DNA of 64,000 nucleotides, from positions 151,073 through 215,072 of the forward strand of contig DHGX01000001.1 in NCBI GenBank assembly GCA_002402995.1, read 5' to 3'. This DNA is from Patescibacteria group bacterium UBA4787 (GTDB lineage Bacteria; Patescibacteriota; Patescibacteriia; UBA2591; UBA4787). Both the position numbers and the translations under genes were made by a program. Numbering within the stretch: position 1 is the stretch's first letter; every line of letters starts with the position of its first letter. Shown in pieces: positions 8,107 through 18,460 of the stretch. A model generated the notes under the pieces. That model saw nothing but the letters and a program-made list of their open reading frames with translations, ran no database searches and had not been told where the DNA came from.

Positions 8107-10974
8107 TTATCTTATTTCAATGTTGATTTCATCCGCCGGTATTGGATTATTTTCTGCATCCAAGGCTTCAATTTTTAATTTATAATTTCCGATAGGCGCG
8201 CTCTGCCAGTTAAGTGTAAATCTCCCGCTGCGATTGGGACTGTTAATGTCAGCGATAACACTTTCTTTTCCAGAAGGATTTATAAGTTTAAAACTAATAG
8301 AGTCAATAGAAATCGCCGGAGTCAAAATGGAAATATTTAAAGGAAAATTTTCGCGATAAATAGTCTGATTATTTTGCGGATTCAGCCAGATTATTTTTTG
8401 CGGGACTAAGCTATTTGTATTGAATTTAATAGAAGCGCTTCCGCTATTATCAATATCGTCGTAGGCTATGACTTTAAGCGTATGTTCACCGGAATTTAGC
8501 CCGGTTGCATTAATTTGACAATTGGAATTTGGATAATAATTGCCGTCAGCTAATTTTTCATCAACAAAACATTCAAAACGCGATATGCCGCGCCGCGCGT
8601 TAGCCGAAATATTTACGATTAATGCTTCACCATTAATCCATTCATTGTTGTCAGGAGAAATTATATTGACAATCGGTTGATTTTCCGGAACATGGAGATC
8701 GTCATATTCGGTCGGAGGCATCTCGTTGCTTAATTTATTTTTATCCATCCACTTCTTAACGCCGTTTTCCCAGCGGTTAAATTGCGGATCGTTTTCAGGA
8801 TGTTCCGGAGGCGGTCCAAGTGGATTGTCTTTATCTATATAATAGAGAATTTCGTGCCAGATGAGATATTTTTTTTCTATAATATAAGACGTCGGCGTGA
8901 GATTGGTGGCTAATTTGTTTGAAGCTTTGTCTATTTCGACGATCGTTTCGCCGGCTTGGCCGTTTAAAACCGGCTTGTCGGTGGTGATCGGACTTGGTGG
9001 ATTAAATCTTTCTATCGGCGTGTTAGCTAAAACGCGATTCATAAAATTATGCCAAATGGGTGCGGCTACTATCACACCATCTGATTTAAATTTCATTGCT
9101 GTATTGTCGCTGTTACCCACCCATACGCCGCAAACCAAAGAGGGCGTATAGCCGATTGTCCAGCCGTCGCGCCAGTCATTAGTGGTGCCCGTTTTAGCCG
9201 CTACAAGGCGATCCGGTAAGATTAAAGGAGAATTAGCGCCGAAAATAAAAGCGCGCGTTTGATTGTCGCTCAAAATATCGGTAATTTGTCTGGCAACTTG
9301 CGCTGGAATAATCTCTTCTTCGGAAATATCCCGCGACTTAAATTCTTCCAGGGTTTTCCCGTTGCCATCTTCCACTTTTAAAATGGCAATTGCGTTAATT
9401 TTCTTACCTTCGCGCGCTAACGAGCCGAAAGCCGCTGTATGTTCTAAGAGTTTTACTTCGGCCCCGCCTAAAACCAAAGATAAACCAAAGCGAGAAGGAT
9501 CAGCGAGCGTGGTATAACCGAATTTTTGAGCTAGATTAATTACGCTATTAACGCCAGTCAAATAAATTGTTTTAACCGCGGGAATATTAAGCGAGCCGGC
9601 CAGAGCTTGGCGAATAGTGACTGGTCCGCGCTCTTTGGCGTCATAATTATGCGGGATATAATCTTTACCCGAGCCGGATGGTCCGAAATTAGTTTCAACA
9701 TCAAACAGGATCGTGTCCGGCGTAAAACCTTTTTGGAAGGTAGCCGAATAAACGATCGGCTTAAAAGAAGAGCCGGGTTGACGCGGACTTAAAACTACAT
9801 TGACATTAGGATCAAAATGGCAATTAATTCCCGGTTTGCATCCTTCGGGGCTGGGTTTTCCGAAATAGTCTTTAGAGCCAACCATAGCCAAAATTTCTCC
9901 AGTTTCGGCATTAATGGCTACCAAGGCGGCGTTGAAAGCGTTGTATTGTTTTTCGTTAATTTCTGCCTGTTTGATGACTTCCTCTTCGGCGATTTTCTGT
10001 TTTTCTAGATCAATCGAGGCAATGACCTTTAAGCCACCCTCAGTGACCTTATCTTCTCCATATTTTTTATATAATAAATCGCGGATATACATAACAAAAT
10101 GAGGCGCGACGATATTTTCGCGTCGAGGGATAATCTTTTTTAAAGTATCAACATCTTTCGCAGCTCGGGCTTTTTTTTCGTCGAGATAGCCAAGTTCGGC
10201 CATAGCGCTTAAAATCCAATTTTTCCGCTGTACAAGTTCCTGAAGATGCTCACCGTAAGGGGAATAATAGCTCGGCGCTTTGGGTAAGGCGGCCAATAAA
10301 GCGCTTTCATCTAATGTTAGATCCCGCGCCGATTTGTCAAAATATAATTTACTGGCCGCTTCTGCGCCGTAAGCGTTGGCGCCATAAGGAATTTCATTAA
10401 AGTACATTTGCAGGATTTCATCTTTAGAAAATCTCTTTTCTATTTGGTAAGCTAAAATTAATTCTTTAATTTTGCGACCGTAAGTTTTTTTGCTCGTTAG
10501 AAGAGCATTTTTTATAAATTGCTGGGTAATAGTTGAGCCACCCTGGACTTTTCCTAAATTTAAAACATTCATCAAAACCGCGCGCGTAATGCCCCTCCAA
10601 TTAAATCCCTGGTGTTTATAAAAATCGCGGTCTTCCACGACCAGTGTGGCGTTAATCAGGTCTCGCGGAATATCTTTTAAGGGGACAATAGTGCGGCGTT
10701 CAGCCGCGAAGAATTCATAAAGCAAATTTTTTCCTGTGCGGTCGTAAATTTTGGTGCTTTGCGGTACCTGTCGCTCTAATAATTTATCCGGAGAGGGCAG
10801 GTTACGGCTGATCGATCCAACTATTATCAGGAATAATATTGATCCAATTAAAAAAAGAAAAATTAAACTAGCAAAAACATTGCTCTTTTTTATGCGAGGG
10901 ATTTTTTTTATGGCTTTGCGGTATTTAATTGAGTGGGTGCGCCAACCCCTGGATTGTTTAGAAAGAATACTCAT
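8107..10974 (-). CDS. class A penicillin-binding protein (transglycosylase + transpeptidase) with a C-terminal Ig-like extension
   Basis: GT51 motifs are present: EDRDFYKHQGFN, GGSTITQQ and RKIKE. Transpeptidase motifs are GSSFKP (SxxK), SLN and AAKTGTT (KTG). There is an N-terminal TM anchor. About 300 extra C-terminal residues have a beta-rich repetitive character. Confidence 0.85.
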   Translation of the reverse strand: MSILSKQSRGWRTHSIKYRKAIKKIPRIKKSNVFASLIFLFLIGSILFLIIVGSISRNLPSPDKLLERQVPQSTKIYDRTGKNLLYEFFAAERRTIVPLKDIPRDLINATLVVEDRDFYKHQGFNWRGITRAVLMNVLNLGKVQGGSTITQQFIKNALLTSKKTYGRKIKELILAYQIEKRFSKDEILQMYFNEIPYGANAYGAEAASKLYFDKSARDLTLDESALLAALPKAPSYYSPYGEHLQELVQRKNWILSAMAELGYLDEKKARAAKDVDTLKKIIPRRENIVAPHFVMYIRDLLYKKYGEDKVTEGGLKVIASIDLEKQKIAEEEVIKQAEINEKQYNAFNAALVAINAETGEILAMVGSKDYFGKPSPEGCKPGINCHFDPNVNVVLSPRQPGSSFKPIVYSATFQKGFTPDTILFDVETNFGPSGSGKDYIPHNYDAKERGPVTIRQALAGSLNIPAVKTIYLTGVNSVINLAQKFGYTTLADPSRFGLSLVLGGAEVKLLEHTAAFGSLAREGKKINAIAILKVEDGNGKTLEEFKSRDISEEEIIPAQVARQITDILSDNQTRAFIFGANSPLILPDRLVAAKTGTTNDWRDGWTIGYTPSLVCGVWVGNSDNTAMKFKSDGVIVAAPIWHNFMNRVLANTPIERFNPPSPITTDKPVLNGQAGETIVEIDKASNKLATNLTPTSYIIEKKYLIWHEILYYIDKDNPLGPPPEHPENDPQFNRWENGVKKWMDKNKLSNEMPPTEYDDLHVPENQPIVNIISPDNNEWINGEALIVNISANARRGISRFECFVDEKLADGNYYPNSNCQINATGLNSGEHTLKVIAYDDIDNSGSASIKFNTNSLVPQKIIWLNPQNNQTIYRENFPLNISILTPAISIDSISFKLINPSGKESVIADINSPNRSGRFTLNWQSAPIGNYKLKIEALDAENNPIPADEINIEIR

Positions 10975-11030
10975 ATATCTATTTGTTGCGAGCCGATCAG
11001 GTTTTATATTAACACAATTTAAATAAAAGA

Positions 11031-11062
11031 AAAATCCCGATGATTTTTCATCGGGATTTTTT
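11031..11062 (-). terminator. intrinsic terminator (hairpin plus T-tract on the minus-strand transcript) between the 11068..11496 gene and the PBP gene
   Basis: A perfect 10-bp stem atcccgatga/tcatcgggat with a 4-nt loop is flanked by A/T runs on both sides. Confidence 0.6.
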
Positions 11063-11067
11063 GGAAT

Positions 11068-11496
11068 TTAGTTTGATGGCTGGAGAATACGCCAACCAAA
11101 ATATAGATCGAAAATAACCAGGTCCCCGCTACCGAAGGATTTTCCTTTCCCTGAAGCGAGGAAAACGCGATACTTGATCTTTACGATACTCTCGGTCACG
11201 GGCTCCGAGGAAACTATTCTGATGCTGTCGACGACCACTGAACTCGGCCACATTTGTCCGGCGCAGGCGCAAACGTCCATTAAGCGAATATTTTTTAAAG
11301 AGATCGCTTGTTGGAGCAGATTTTGCGATTTAACGCCCTGCCAATAATTTATCACCGTGGCTTCAGGTGTGGCGAAATATCTCCCGGGACCGTTCAAGAT
11401 CAATGGGATATTGCCCAGAGCGACCACGCCCAGAGAAATTATGACGATCTCCAGCGCTAAGTAAATCAGAAACTTTCTCATCTTAGAAACCTCCAA
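11068..11496 (-). CDS. hypothetical secreted/membrane-anchored protein
   Basis: An N-terminal TM/signal segment is present. The ORF overlaps the upstream ORF by 14 nt, which is typical operon coupling. Confidence 0.35.
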   Translation of the reverse strand: MEVSKMRKFLIYLALEIVIISLGVVALGNIPLILNGPGRYFATPEATVINYWQGVKSQNLLQQAISLKNIRLMDVCACAGQMWPSSVVVDSIRIVSSEPVTESIVKIKYRVFLASGKGKSFGSGDLVIFDLYFGWRILQPSN

Positions 11497-11938
11497 AAAT
11501 TAAAATTCGGACATGAATTATCAGCAAGAGTACTTCGACGGCAAACCAAAAATAAATTGGCCAACGATATTTCTTCCAGAGAGCGACGGCAAGCATCACC
11601 GCGAAGACAGTGAAAAGAATAATATGAAATACCAGCCAATTTTCTAAACCGTATTTCGTTTGGATAAAAGTCGGAAGAAGAGGGTTGAGCTCGGTAAGTA
11701 AGTCTTTTGAGATTTCGATGTAAGTAGCAACGCCGTCGAATATAGCTAAAATCAGCGAGGCAAGTAAAACAGCGATTGTCCAATTAAACTTTATGTCCGG
11801 ACCGACTAAAAGTCGGATGTGGCGCGGCTGGCTTATCAGCCAGCTTAGAAACTTTTTAAGCATGGCTGATTCTCCTTTTTGGTATTTATTTTTAAAGATC
11901 TTGTTTATCGCCGAGCGAGTGAAGCAAAAAATTATCAT
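11483..11938 (-). CDS. hypothetical integral membrane protein (about 4 TM)
   Basis: The protein is hydrophobic throughout. I prefer this frame over the alternative frame 11478..11783. Confidence 0.35.
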   Translation of the reverse strand: MIIFCFTRSAINKIFKNKYQKGESAMLKKFLSWLISQPRHIRLLVGPDIKFNWTIAVLLASLILAIFDGVATYIEISKDLLTELNPLLPTFIQTKYGLENWLVFHIILFTVFAVMLAVALWKKYRWPIYFWFAVEVLLLIIHVRILIFGGF

Positions 11939-12131
11939 TTTTTACTTCCGAATAAGCGCTGGCAACACAGGGTTTTGATACCCTCTATAATTAAATTATG
12001 TCATTTTTTAGCTCATTTGTCAAGTTTATAAGTATTTTATTTTTTTGTCTAATTTGCTTGTAAAGACTTAAATTAAGTGATATAATTTAAAAGCATCCGA
12101 TTAAACTTAACTCTATCCTAAATTTTTTATT

Positions 12132-12749
12132 ATGTATATTTATTGGTATGGGCAAGCGGGTTTTAAATTTCAATCAGGTAACACAACTATCATTGTTGAT
12201 CCGTATAGTCCCCGCAAAGTCAGTTTACGCGGCCCGAATTTTAAATCGGACATTGCTTTATTGACGGATGGCTGTGACGTAGCACAGGCGAAAAAAGATT
12301 TTAAGGAAGAAACTTTTTTAATCTTCGCCCCGGGTGAATATGAGATTAAAAATAATTTTGTTTATGGCATAAAGATCGACGAGACTCAAACTATTTACCT
12401 TGTAGAAATGGAAGACATCAAGATAGGGGTTCTGGGTGAACTGAAAAATACTCTCAGCGAAAATATTATTGAGAAACTTGACGACGTGGATATCTTGTTG
12501 GTGCCAGTGGGCAACAAAAAAAGAGTTTTATCGCCCGACCAAGCGGCTAAATTAATTAAAGACATTGAACCAAAAATTCTTATTCCTTCTTGTTATAAAA
12601 TTCCAGGATTGAAAATAGAAGCAGAATCAATCGATGAATTTTATCGTGAAATGGGGTTGAAAAATCCGGAGGTTTTAGACAAAGCTCGAGTCACCACTAA
12701 AGATTTAGAGGACAAAGAAATGATGACTATTGTTTTGAACCCCTCTTAG
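12132..12749 (+). CDS. MBL-fold (UPF0173-like) protein with no obvious HxHxDH metal motif
   Basis: The N-terminus MYIYWYGQAGFKFQSGNTTIIVDPY resembles COG2220 MBL-fold hydrolases. The canonical HxHxDH was not seen. Confidence 0.4.
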   Translation: MYIYWYGQAGFKFQSGNTTIIVDPYSPRKVSLRGPNFKSDIALLTDGCDVAQAKKDFKEETFLIFAPGEYEIKNNFVYGIKIDETQTIYLVEMEDIKIGVLGELKNTLSENIIEKLDDVDILLVPVGNKKRVLSPDQAAKLIKDIEPKILIPSCYKIPGLKIEAESIDEFYREMGLKNPEVLDKARVTTKDLEDKEMMTIVLNPS

Positions 12750-12754
12750 AGTAT

Positions 12755-13054
12755 ATGAATAAAATTAAATTATCACCGAATCAAAAGATTGTTTTTATCT
12801 CAGTAGGCATTGTTGTTTTAATTTTTATTTTGTGGGTATTTAATTTTAGATCATTCGTCCAAAGAAATTTCAAAAAAGAAGATACTTTATTGCAAATTTT
12901 CCGACAGAACCTCAAAGACTTTATAGGCTTAGAAAAGCCTAAAAATAATATGAAAGTGATGCCACCCGAGAACGAGAATAAGATTGATAGCGACAATATG
13001 ACATCTGAGCAAATAGAAATTTTAAAACAAAAAATTCTCGATAAAACAAAATAA
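12755..13054 (+). CDS. small hypothetical membrane protein
   Basis: One TM segment is present. The stop overlaps the gyrA start (TAATG). Confidence 0.3.
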   Translation: MNKIKLSPNQKIVFISVGIVVLIFILWVFNFRSFVQRNFKKEDTLLQIFRQNLKDFIGLEKPKNNMKVMPPENENKIDSDNMTSEQIEILKQKILDKTK

Positions 13055-15612
13055 TGAAAAAGAAAGATTTTAAAACTAAATTAAAAAATAAATCCAAGGA
13101 GAATCGAAAAGACTCCTTGGCGGAGATGTCTAACAATAACGTCCAGTCTAGTCATCAAAACATTGAAATCGTCGCGCTCGAGCAGGAGGTTCAGAGTTGT
13201 TATTTGGATTATGCTATGTCGGTTATTATTCAACGCGCTTTGCCGGATGTGCGAGATGGTTTAAAGCCGGTGCATCGTCGTATTTTGTATGCAATGTGGC
13301 GTTTGGGTTTACGTTCCGGCGGAAGATTTAGAAAATCGGCTACGGTTGTTGGTGAAGTTTTGGGCAAATTCCATCCGCACGGCGATCTTGCGGTTTATGG
13401 AGCTATGGCGCATATGGTACAAGACTTTGCTATGCGTTATCCTTTGATTTGGGGCCAAGGAAATTTCGGTTCAATTGACGGAGATTCTCCGGCGGCTATG
13501 CGTTATACAGAGGCAAAACTTAATAAACTAGCAGAAGAGCTTTTGGCAGACATTGACAAGAATGTAGTTGATTTTGTTCCTAGTTATGACGGCACTCTTA
13601 AAGAGCCATTGGTTTTACCAACCAGATTCCCTAATCTTTTATTGAATGGTACTTTGGGTATCGCAGTCGGCATGGCCACAAATATTCCGCCGCATAACTT
13701 GAAAGAAATTTGCGCGGCTACCTCTTATCTCGTTGATCATCCAAATGCGGACGTAGACGAATTAACAGATTTTATCAAAGGTCCTGATTTTCCCACTGGC
13801 GGCTTAATTTTTCAACCAGCGGAAATAAAACAGGCCTATGCTTTAGGCAAGGGTCCGGTGGTGATTAGGGCCAAAACAGATATTGTTGAAATCGCTAATG
13901 GCCAATTTCAAATTATTGTTTCCGAAATTCCTTTTCAGGTTAACAAATCAACTTTACTGGAAAAAATTGCCGACTTAACGCGCGATAAAAAACTAGAAGA
14001 CATTCGCGACATTAGAGATGAATCGGACAGAGAAGGGATTAGAATAGTGATTGAACTAAAAAAGAATACTTATCCACAAAAAGTTTTAAATCAATTATTT
14101 AAAATGACCGAGCTACAAACCACTTTCCATATTAATATGGTGGCTTTAGTCGACGGCCTACAGCCCAGGCTTTTAAATTTAAAATCTGTTTTAGAAGAAT
14201 ACATTAAACATCATCAACTAGTGGTTCGTCGCCGGACCGAATACGATTTAGAAAAAATTAAAGAAAGGATACATGTCTTGAAAGGATTAAAAATTGCGCT
14301 TGATCACATTGACGAGATTATTAGAACCATTAAAAAATCTAAGAACCGAGATGACGCTAAAATAAACTTAATACATAAATTTAAATTATCTGAAACGCAG
14401 ACGAACGCAATTTTAGACATAAAACTTCAGCAATTGGCGGCATTAGAGCGAGAGAAAATAGAAGCAGAACTCAAAGAGAAATTGGCTATACAAAAAGAAT
14501 TTGAAGAAATTTTATCCAGCCCCAAAAATATTTTGAAAGTTGTTAAAAGCGAAATTAATTCGATTTCCGAAAAATATGGCGATGAACGCAAGACACAAAT
14601 TGTCGGCGGCTCTATCACCGAATTTAAACAAGAGGATTTAATACCCAATGAACCTACCCTGGTTATCATCACGCGAGATGGTTACATAAAAAGATTAAGT
14701 CCGGATACTTTCAAGACGCAGAATCGTGGCGGCAAAGGAGTTATTGGCTTGGAAACCAAGGAAGAGGATTTGGTCGAGAGACTGATTATGACCAATACGC
14801 ACGCAGATTTATTTTTCTTCACCACCAAGGGCAGGGTATTTAATTTAAAGGCTTATGATATTCCGGTGGGTTCTCGTGTGGCTGGCGGCAGGGCGATTGT
14901 TAATTTTTTGCAAATTGAAAGTATCGAAAAAATTTCAGCCGTCCTGCATTTAGATATTTCGCCTAATAAAGTATCAAAAGAACAAAAATATTTAATTATG
15001 GCCACCAAACACGGCATCATTAAAAGGGTACAAATTAGTGAATTCGCGAATGTTCGCCGTTCTGGTTTAATAGCCTTAAAATTAAAAGGCGACGATACTT
15101 TAAATTGGGTGAAATTAGCAGAAGCCGGACAAGAGGTAATTATGATCACAGCCAATGGACAATCTTTAAGATTCAAAGATAAAGATTTGAGACCAATGGG
15201 TCGCGCCGCCACTGGCGTTAAAGGTATGCGTCTTAGGACCGACGATCAGGTAGTGGGCATGGATTTATTGTCGGCCAAGAATTTTTCTACGGGACGCATT
15301 TTGGTGGTCGGTGAAACGGGATTCGGGAAACAAACACCCGTTTCGCAATATCGCTTGCAGCGCCGTGGGGGCAGTGGCACCAAAACAGCCAAAATCACTC
15401 CTAAAACGGGCAAGCTGGTAGTCGGCATGTTTATTGACGAAAAGAACAAACAAGAATCTTTCGAAGAAGATTTGTTGATTGTTTCACAACTTGGTCAGAT
15501 TATCCGTCTGCCTCTTAAAAGTGTTTCACTTTCCGGCCGGGCTGCTCAGGGTGTAAGATTAATGCGCTTTAAAGAAGCAAAAGATAAGGCAGCCTCGGTT
15601 ATTTTGATATAA
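13054..15612 (+). CDS. gyrA: DNA gyrase subunit A
   Basis: [29 protein letters not shown] and [10 protein letters not shown] (the active-site Tyr region) are classic GyrA. The C-terminal beta-pinwheel repeats are present. The true start may be the internal Met at about 13126 (MSNNNVQ). Confidence 0.9.
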   Translation: MKKKDFKTKLKNKSKENRKDSLAEMSNNNVQSSHQNIEIVALEQEVQSCYLDYAMSVIIQRALPDVRDGLKPVHRRILYAMWRLGLRSGGRFRKSATVVGEVLGKFHPHGDLAVYGAMAHMVQDFAMRYPLIWGQGNFGSIDGDSPAAMRYTEAKLNKLAEELLADIDKNVVDFVPSYDGTLKEPLVLPTRFPNLLLNGTLGIAVGMATNIPPHNLKEICAATSYLVDHPNADVDELTDFIKGPDFPTGGLIFQPAEIKQAYALGKGPVVIRAKTDIVEIANGQFQIIVSEIPFQVNKSTLLEKIADLTRDKKLEDIRDIRDESDREGIRIVIELKKNTYPQKVLNQLFKMTELQTTFHINMVALVDGLQPRLLNLKSVLEEYIKHHQLVVRRRTEYDLEKIKERIHVLKGLKIALDHIDEIIRTIKKSKNRDDAKINLIHKFKLSETQTNAILDIKLQQLAALEREKIEAELKEKLAIQKEFEEILSSPKNILKVVKSEINSISEKYGDERKTQIVGGSITEFKQEDLIPNEPTLVIITRDGYIKRLSPDTFKTQNRGGKGVIGLETKEEDLVERLIMTNTHADLFFFTTKGRVFNLKAYDIPVGSRVAGGRAIVNFLQIESIEKISAVLHLDISPNKVSKEQKYLIMATKHGIIKRVQISEFANVRRSGLIALKLKGDDTLNWVKLAEAGQEVIMITANGQSLRFKDKDLRPMGRAATGVKGMRLRTDDQVVGMDLLSAKNFSTGRILVVGETGFGKQTPVSQYRLQRRGGSGTKTAKITPKTGKLVVGMFIDEKNKQESFEEDLLIVSQLGQIIRLPLKSVSLSGRAAQGVRLMRFKEAKDKAASVILI

Positions 15613-15620
15613 TCTACGGT

Positions 15621-15647
15621 GGGCTTGACCAGACCTTATTCAAGCCC
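15621..15647 (+). terminator. hairpin after gyrA with no clear T-tract
   Basis: The stem is gggcttga ... tcaagccc. Confidence 0.3.
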
Positions 15648-15672
15648 TACAATTAATTCATATTAAATTGAT

Positions 15673-17043
15673 ATGAAAAACCCAAAAATAATATTATTAA
15701 TTTTATTAATCGGCGCTTTATTGGTCAGTGGTTTTCAGTGCAAGCTTTTTCCCCAATCAAAGATTGTGGTTAATAAGGTTAAGCCTATTACTTTGAATTA
15801 TTGGCGCGTTAACGACGGGCCGGATAATTTTAGCGATATTATTTTAGCATTCCGTAAGGTTTATAGTCATATCAATATCAATTATCGGCAGTTTAGACTG
15901 GAAGAATACGAAATGGCCCTTTTGGAGGCTTGGGCTGAAGATCGGGGGCCGGATATTTTTTCTGTTCCGAACGCCTGGCTTGGGAAGTATGAAACAAAAA
16001 TTTTACCTATGCCTCAAGAAATTAATGTTGGTCGCCAAGTTTTGACAGGAACCATCAAAAAAGATTATAAAGTTATCTTAGAGACAAAAAAAATTCCTAC
16101 TACACGAGAATTTAAGGAGACTTATGTTGACACTGTTTTTCAGGATGTTTATCGGCAAAATAAATTATGGGGAGTACCTTTGACTCTTGATACTTTAGCT
16201 CTTTATTATAATCGCGATCTTTTAAATAGTGCGAAAATAGTTGACCCCCCGAAAACTTGGCAGGAATTCGTGGAAGACGTTAGATTAACCACAATAAAAG
16301 ATCGGACTGGAGACATAATTCAATCTGGTGTGGCAATGGGGACGGCTGATAATATACCGAACAGTATAGATGTTCTTTCTTTGTTAATGTTGCAGAACGA
16401 GACTCAAATGATCGCTCCTTCCGGAATTGGCACGGCCATGGAAAGTTCGTCATTGTCGGATAGTAATTATTATCCAGGAGAGGAAGCTTTGCGTTTTTAT
16501 ACGGACTTTGCTAACCCAACCAAAGAAACTTATTCTTGGAATAAAAAAATGCCAGACGCTTTAGAGATATTCGTTCAAGGGAAAAGCGCATTTTTTATCG
16601 GTGACTCGACTTATTTAGATATAATTAGAACAAGCGCGCCAAAATTAAACTTCGATATCGCTAAAATGCCGCAGATAGAGGGTTCAATTAGAGAGATAAA
16701 TTATGCTAATTATTGGGTTGAAGTCGCTGCTAAAAAAACAGTCTATCCGAATGAAGCATGGAATTTTCTTCTCTTTATGAGCGATCCGTTAAACGTTAAG
16801 TCTTATCTTAACCGCGCAAAACATCCTACAGCGCACAGAGCCTTGATCAAGGATCAGTTGGAAGACATAGACTTAGCGCCTTTTGTGAATGAAGTTTTAA
16901 CTGCTAGGTCGTGGTATTTAGGCAAAGATTATAGGGCCACAGGAGTATTCTTTAAACAAATGATAAACGATGTTTTAGACGGCAGAAAAAGTATTAAAGA
17001 GGCTATTAGTTTTTGCGCTCAACAAGTCAATCAAACTTATTAA
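15673..17043 (+). CDS. extracellular solute-binding protein, family-1-like (ABC-type), orphan
   Basis: A signal peptide is followed by an SBP_bac_1-like pattern (LNYWRVNDGPDNF...GPDIFSVPNAWLGKY). No permease or ATPase lies adjacent. Confidence 0.5.
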   Translation: MKNPKIILLILLIGALLVSGFQCKLFPQSKIVVNKVKPITLNYWRVNDGPDNFSDIILAFRKVYSHININYRQFRLEEYEMALLEAWAEDRGPDIFSVPNAWLGKYETKILPMPQEINVGRQVLTGTIKKDYKVILETKKIPTTREFKETYVDTVFQDVYRQNKLWGVPLTLDTLALYYNRDLLNSAKIVDPPKTWQEFVEDVRLTTIKDRTGDIIQSGVAMGTADNIPNSIDVLSLLMLQNETQMIAPSGIGTAMESSSLSDSNYYPGEEALRFYTDFANPTKETYSWNKKMPDALEIFVQGKSAFFIGDSTYLDIIRTSAPKLNFDIAKMPQIEGSIREINYANYWVEVAAKKTVYPNEAWNFLLFMSDPLNVKSYLNRAKHPTAHRALIKDQLEDIDLAPFVNEVLTARSWYLGKDYRATGVFFKQMINDVLDGRKSIKEAISFCAQQVNQTY

Positions 17044-17054
17044 ATTAATTTAAA

Positions 17055-17070
17055 TCCGCCAGCTGGCGGA
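17055..17070. repeat. GC-rich perfect palindrome TCCGCCAGCTGGCGGA (copy 1 of 2; the other is at 37675..37690)
   Basis: The identical 16-mer occurs immediately after the stop of the SBP gene and after the recA stop. It can form a hairpin. Confidence 0.7.
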
Positions 17071-17110
17071 CAATTCCGCCGCCCGAGAAGACAAAATTAT
17101 AATTAGAAAT

Positions 17111-17851
17111 ATGCATAACAAAAAAATAAAAATCATAATCGTCACTATTTTTTTGACTGGACTGGTCATTTCTCCTTTATTTGTTTTTGCTGAAACGGTT
17201 ATTTGTAACGGTGTTCCTGTTGAATGTGAAACAGGAGGATTGATTAGGAGTAAAGAGTGTGTTTGCTGCGGTGATTGTACTTTAACCGACGCTTTGGCGG
17301 TTTTTATCAATGTGGCAGATTTAATTTTAAAATATGTCGGCGTAGTTGCGCTTCTTATGTTGATCTTTGGCGGAGTTTTATGGATTTTGTCCGGCGGCAA
17401 CGAGAGCCAGATTAAAAAAGGCAAAGATGTTATAAAATATACTTTTTTGGGCATTATTATAATTTTTACCGCGTGGGTTATTGTCAATTTTGTGATTGAT
17501 AAGTTGGTGGTTGATAAATCAATTTTTCAAGGAACTTGGTGGGGCGGAAAAGAGAAAACCGATTGTTCTCAGACATGGAAAGACTGTATGGACTATGGCC
17601 ATATTGACGAAGGTGCGATTTGGGCACCCGGTTGTCAAAATGATAGCATTAGAGATGTACAAGAGAATTTAAATCGCCTTAATTGCGCGACTCCGAAATT
17701 AACAATTGACGGTTGTTTTGGTCCGCAAACCAGCTCCGCTTTATCCAAATTCCAGACAAATAAGGTCGTTGGTTCGGTTGGCGGCAGTTTGGATTGGCAA
17801 ACCTATGATGCTTTAATGGCCTCCGAGTCTAATAATTGTGAAGCGAAGTAA
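17111..17851 (+). CDS. pilin-fold (VirB2/TrbC-like) protein fused to a Cys-rich region and a C-terminal peptidoglycan-binding (PG_binding_1-like) domain
   Basis: A signal peptide is followed by the Cys-rich CNGVPVECETGG...CVCCGDC. The core FGGVLWILSGGNESQIKKGKD sits between two hydrophobic helices and is shared with the next three ORFs. The C-terminus CFGPQTSSALSKFQTNKVVGSVGGSLDWQTYDAL resembles PG_binding_1. Confidence 0.5.
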   Translation: MHNKKIKIIIVTIFLTGLVISPLFVFAETVICNGVPVECETGGLIRSKECVCCGDCTLTDALAVFINVADLILKYVGVVALLMLIFGGVLWILSGGNESQIKKGKDVIKYTFLGIIIIFTAWVIVNFVIDKLVVDKSIFQGTWWGGKEKTDCSQTWKDCMDYGHIDEGAIWAPGCQNDSIRDVQENLNRLNCATPKLTIDGCFGPQTSSALSKFQTNKVVGSVGGSLDWQTYDALMASESNNCEAK

Positions 17852-17875
17852 TTAAAATAATATATTAATAACCCA

Positions 17876-18247
17876 TTGTTTATTATGATGAAAAATAAGA
17901 ATAAACTTTTGCTGGCCCTCATCTTAATTTTAGTGGCTATTCCTGTTTTGGCTATCGCTGACAGCCAAGGCAGTGCTGAATTACCAAATCCTTTGGGCGA
18001 TACTAAAGATATACCGTCTTTAGTCGCCAACCTTATTAAAGTGGTTTTAGGCTTAGTCGGCGTTCTGGCTTTAGTGATGTTTATATACGGCGGTATTCTG
18101 TGGATGACTTCCGGTGGCAACGAACAAAAGATTAAGAAAGGAAAAGATACTCTGGTCTGGGCAACACTCGGTTTGGCGATTATTTTCTTTAGTTACGCGA
18201 TAGTTAATTTTGTTTTAGAAACCATTTTGACGAAAGTAAGACAATAA
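17876..18247 (+). CDS. VirB2/TrbC-like pilin-fold protein (paralog 2)
   Basis: A signal peptide is followed by a hydrophobic helix, then GGILWMTSGGNEQKIKKGKD, then a second hydrophobic helix. This is the VirB2/TrbC topology. Confidence 0.5.
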   Translation: MFIMMKNKNKLLLALILILVAIPVLAIADSQGSAELPNPLGDTKDIPSLVANLIKVVLGLVGVLALVMFIYGGILWMTSGGNEQKIKKGKDTLVWATLGLAIIFFSYAIVNFVLETILTKVRQ

Positions 18248-18248
18248 A

Positions 18249-18332
18249 GGGCATTAACCCAGAAGTAATGCCCTGTGTTATCCGCGCTCGCTCGGAAATG
18301 AAAATATATTTTCATTTCGCTCGCTTGATAAT
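18249..18332 (-). repeat. dispersed ~75-bp GC-box/palindrome repeat, copy A (inverted relative to copies B–D)
   Basis: The reverse complement contains TATCAAGCGAGCGAAATGAAAATATATTTTCATTTCCGAGCGAGCGCGGATAACACAGGG plus the gggcatta/taatgccc hairpin. Matches are at 36509..36583, 41728..41803 and 61497..61571. Confidence 0.7.
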
Positions 18333-18460
18333 AGACGGGAGTCAAATGGGTGTGGATAATTTTTATTGACGCTTTGCTCTTTTAACCCTACTATTAATAT
18401 ATAATTTATTTCTAATAAAAACGTCCCTTAATAAGGGCGGACTAAAAAGAGGCTTAAAAT

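Noticed and set aside
11478-11783. Alternate-frame ORF 11478..11783 (-)
   Set aside because: It is in the same region as 11483..11938 (-), which gives a coherent polytopic membrane protein. The alternate frame is Arg/Cys-rich and implausible.
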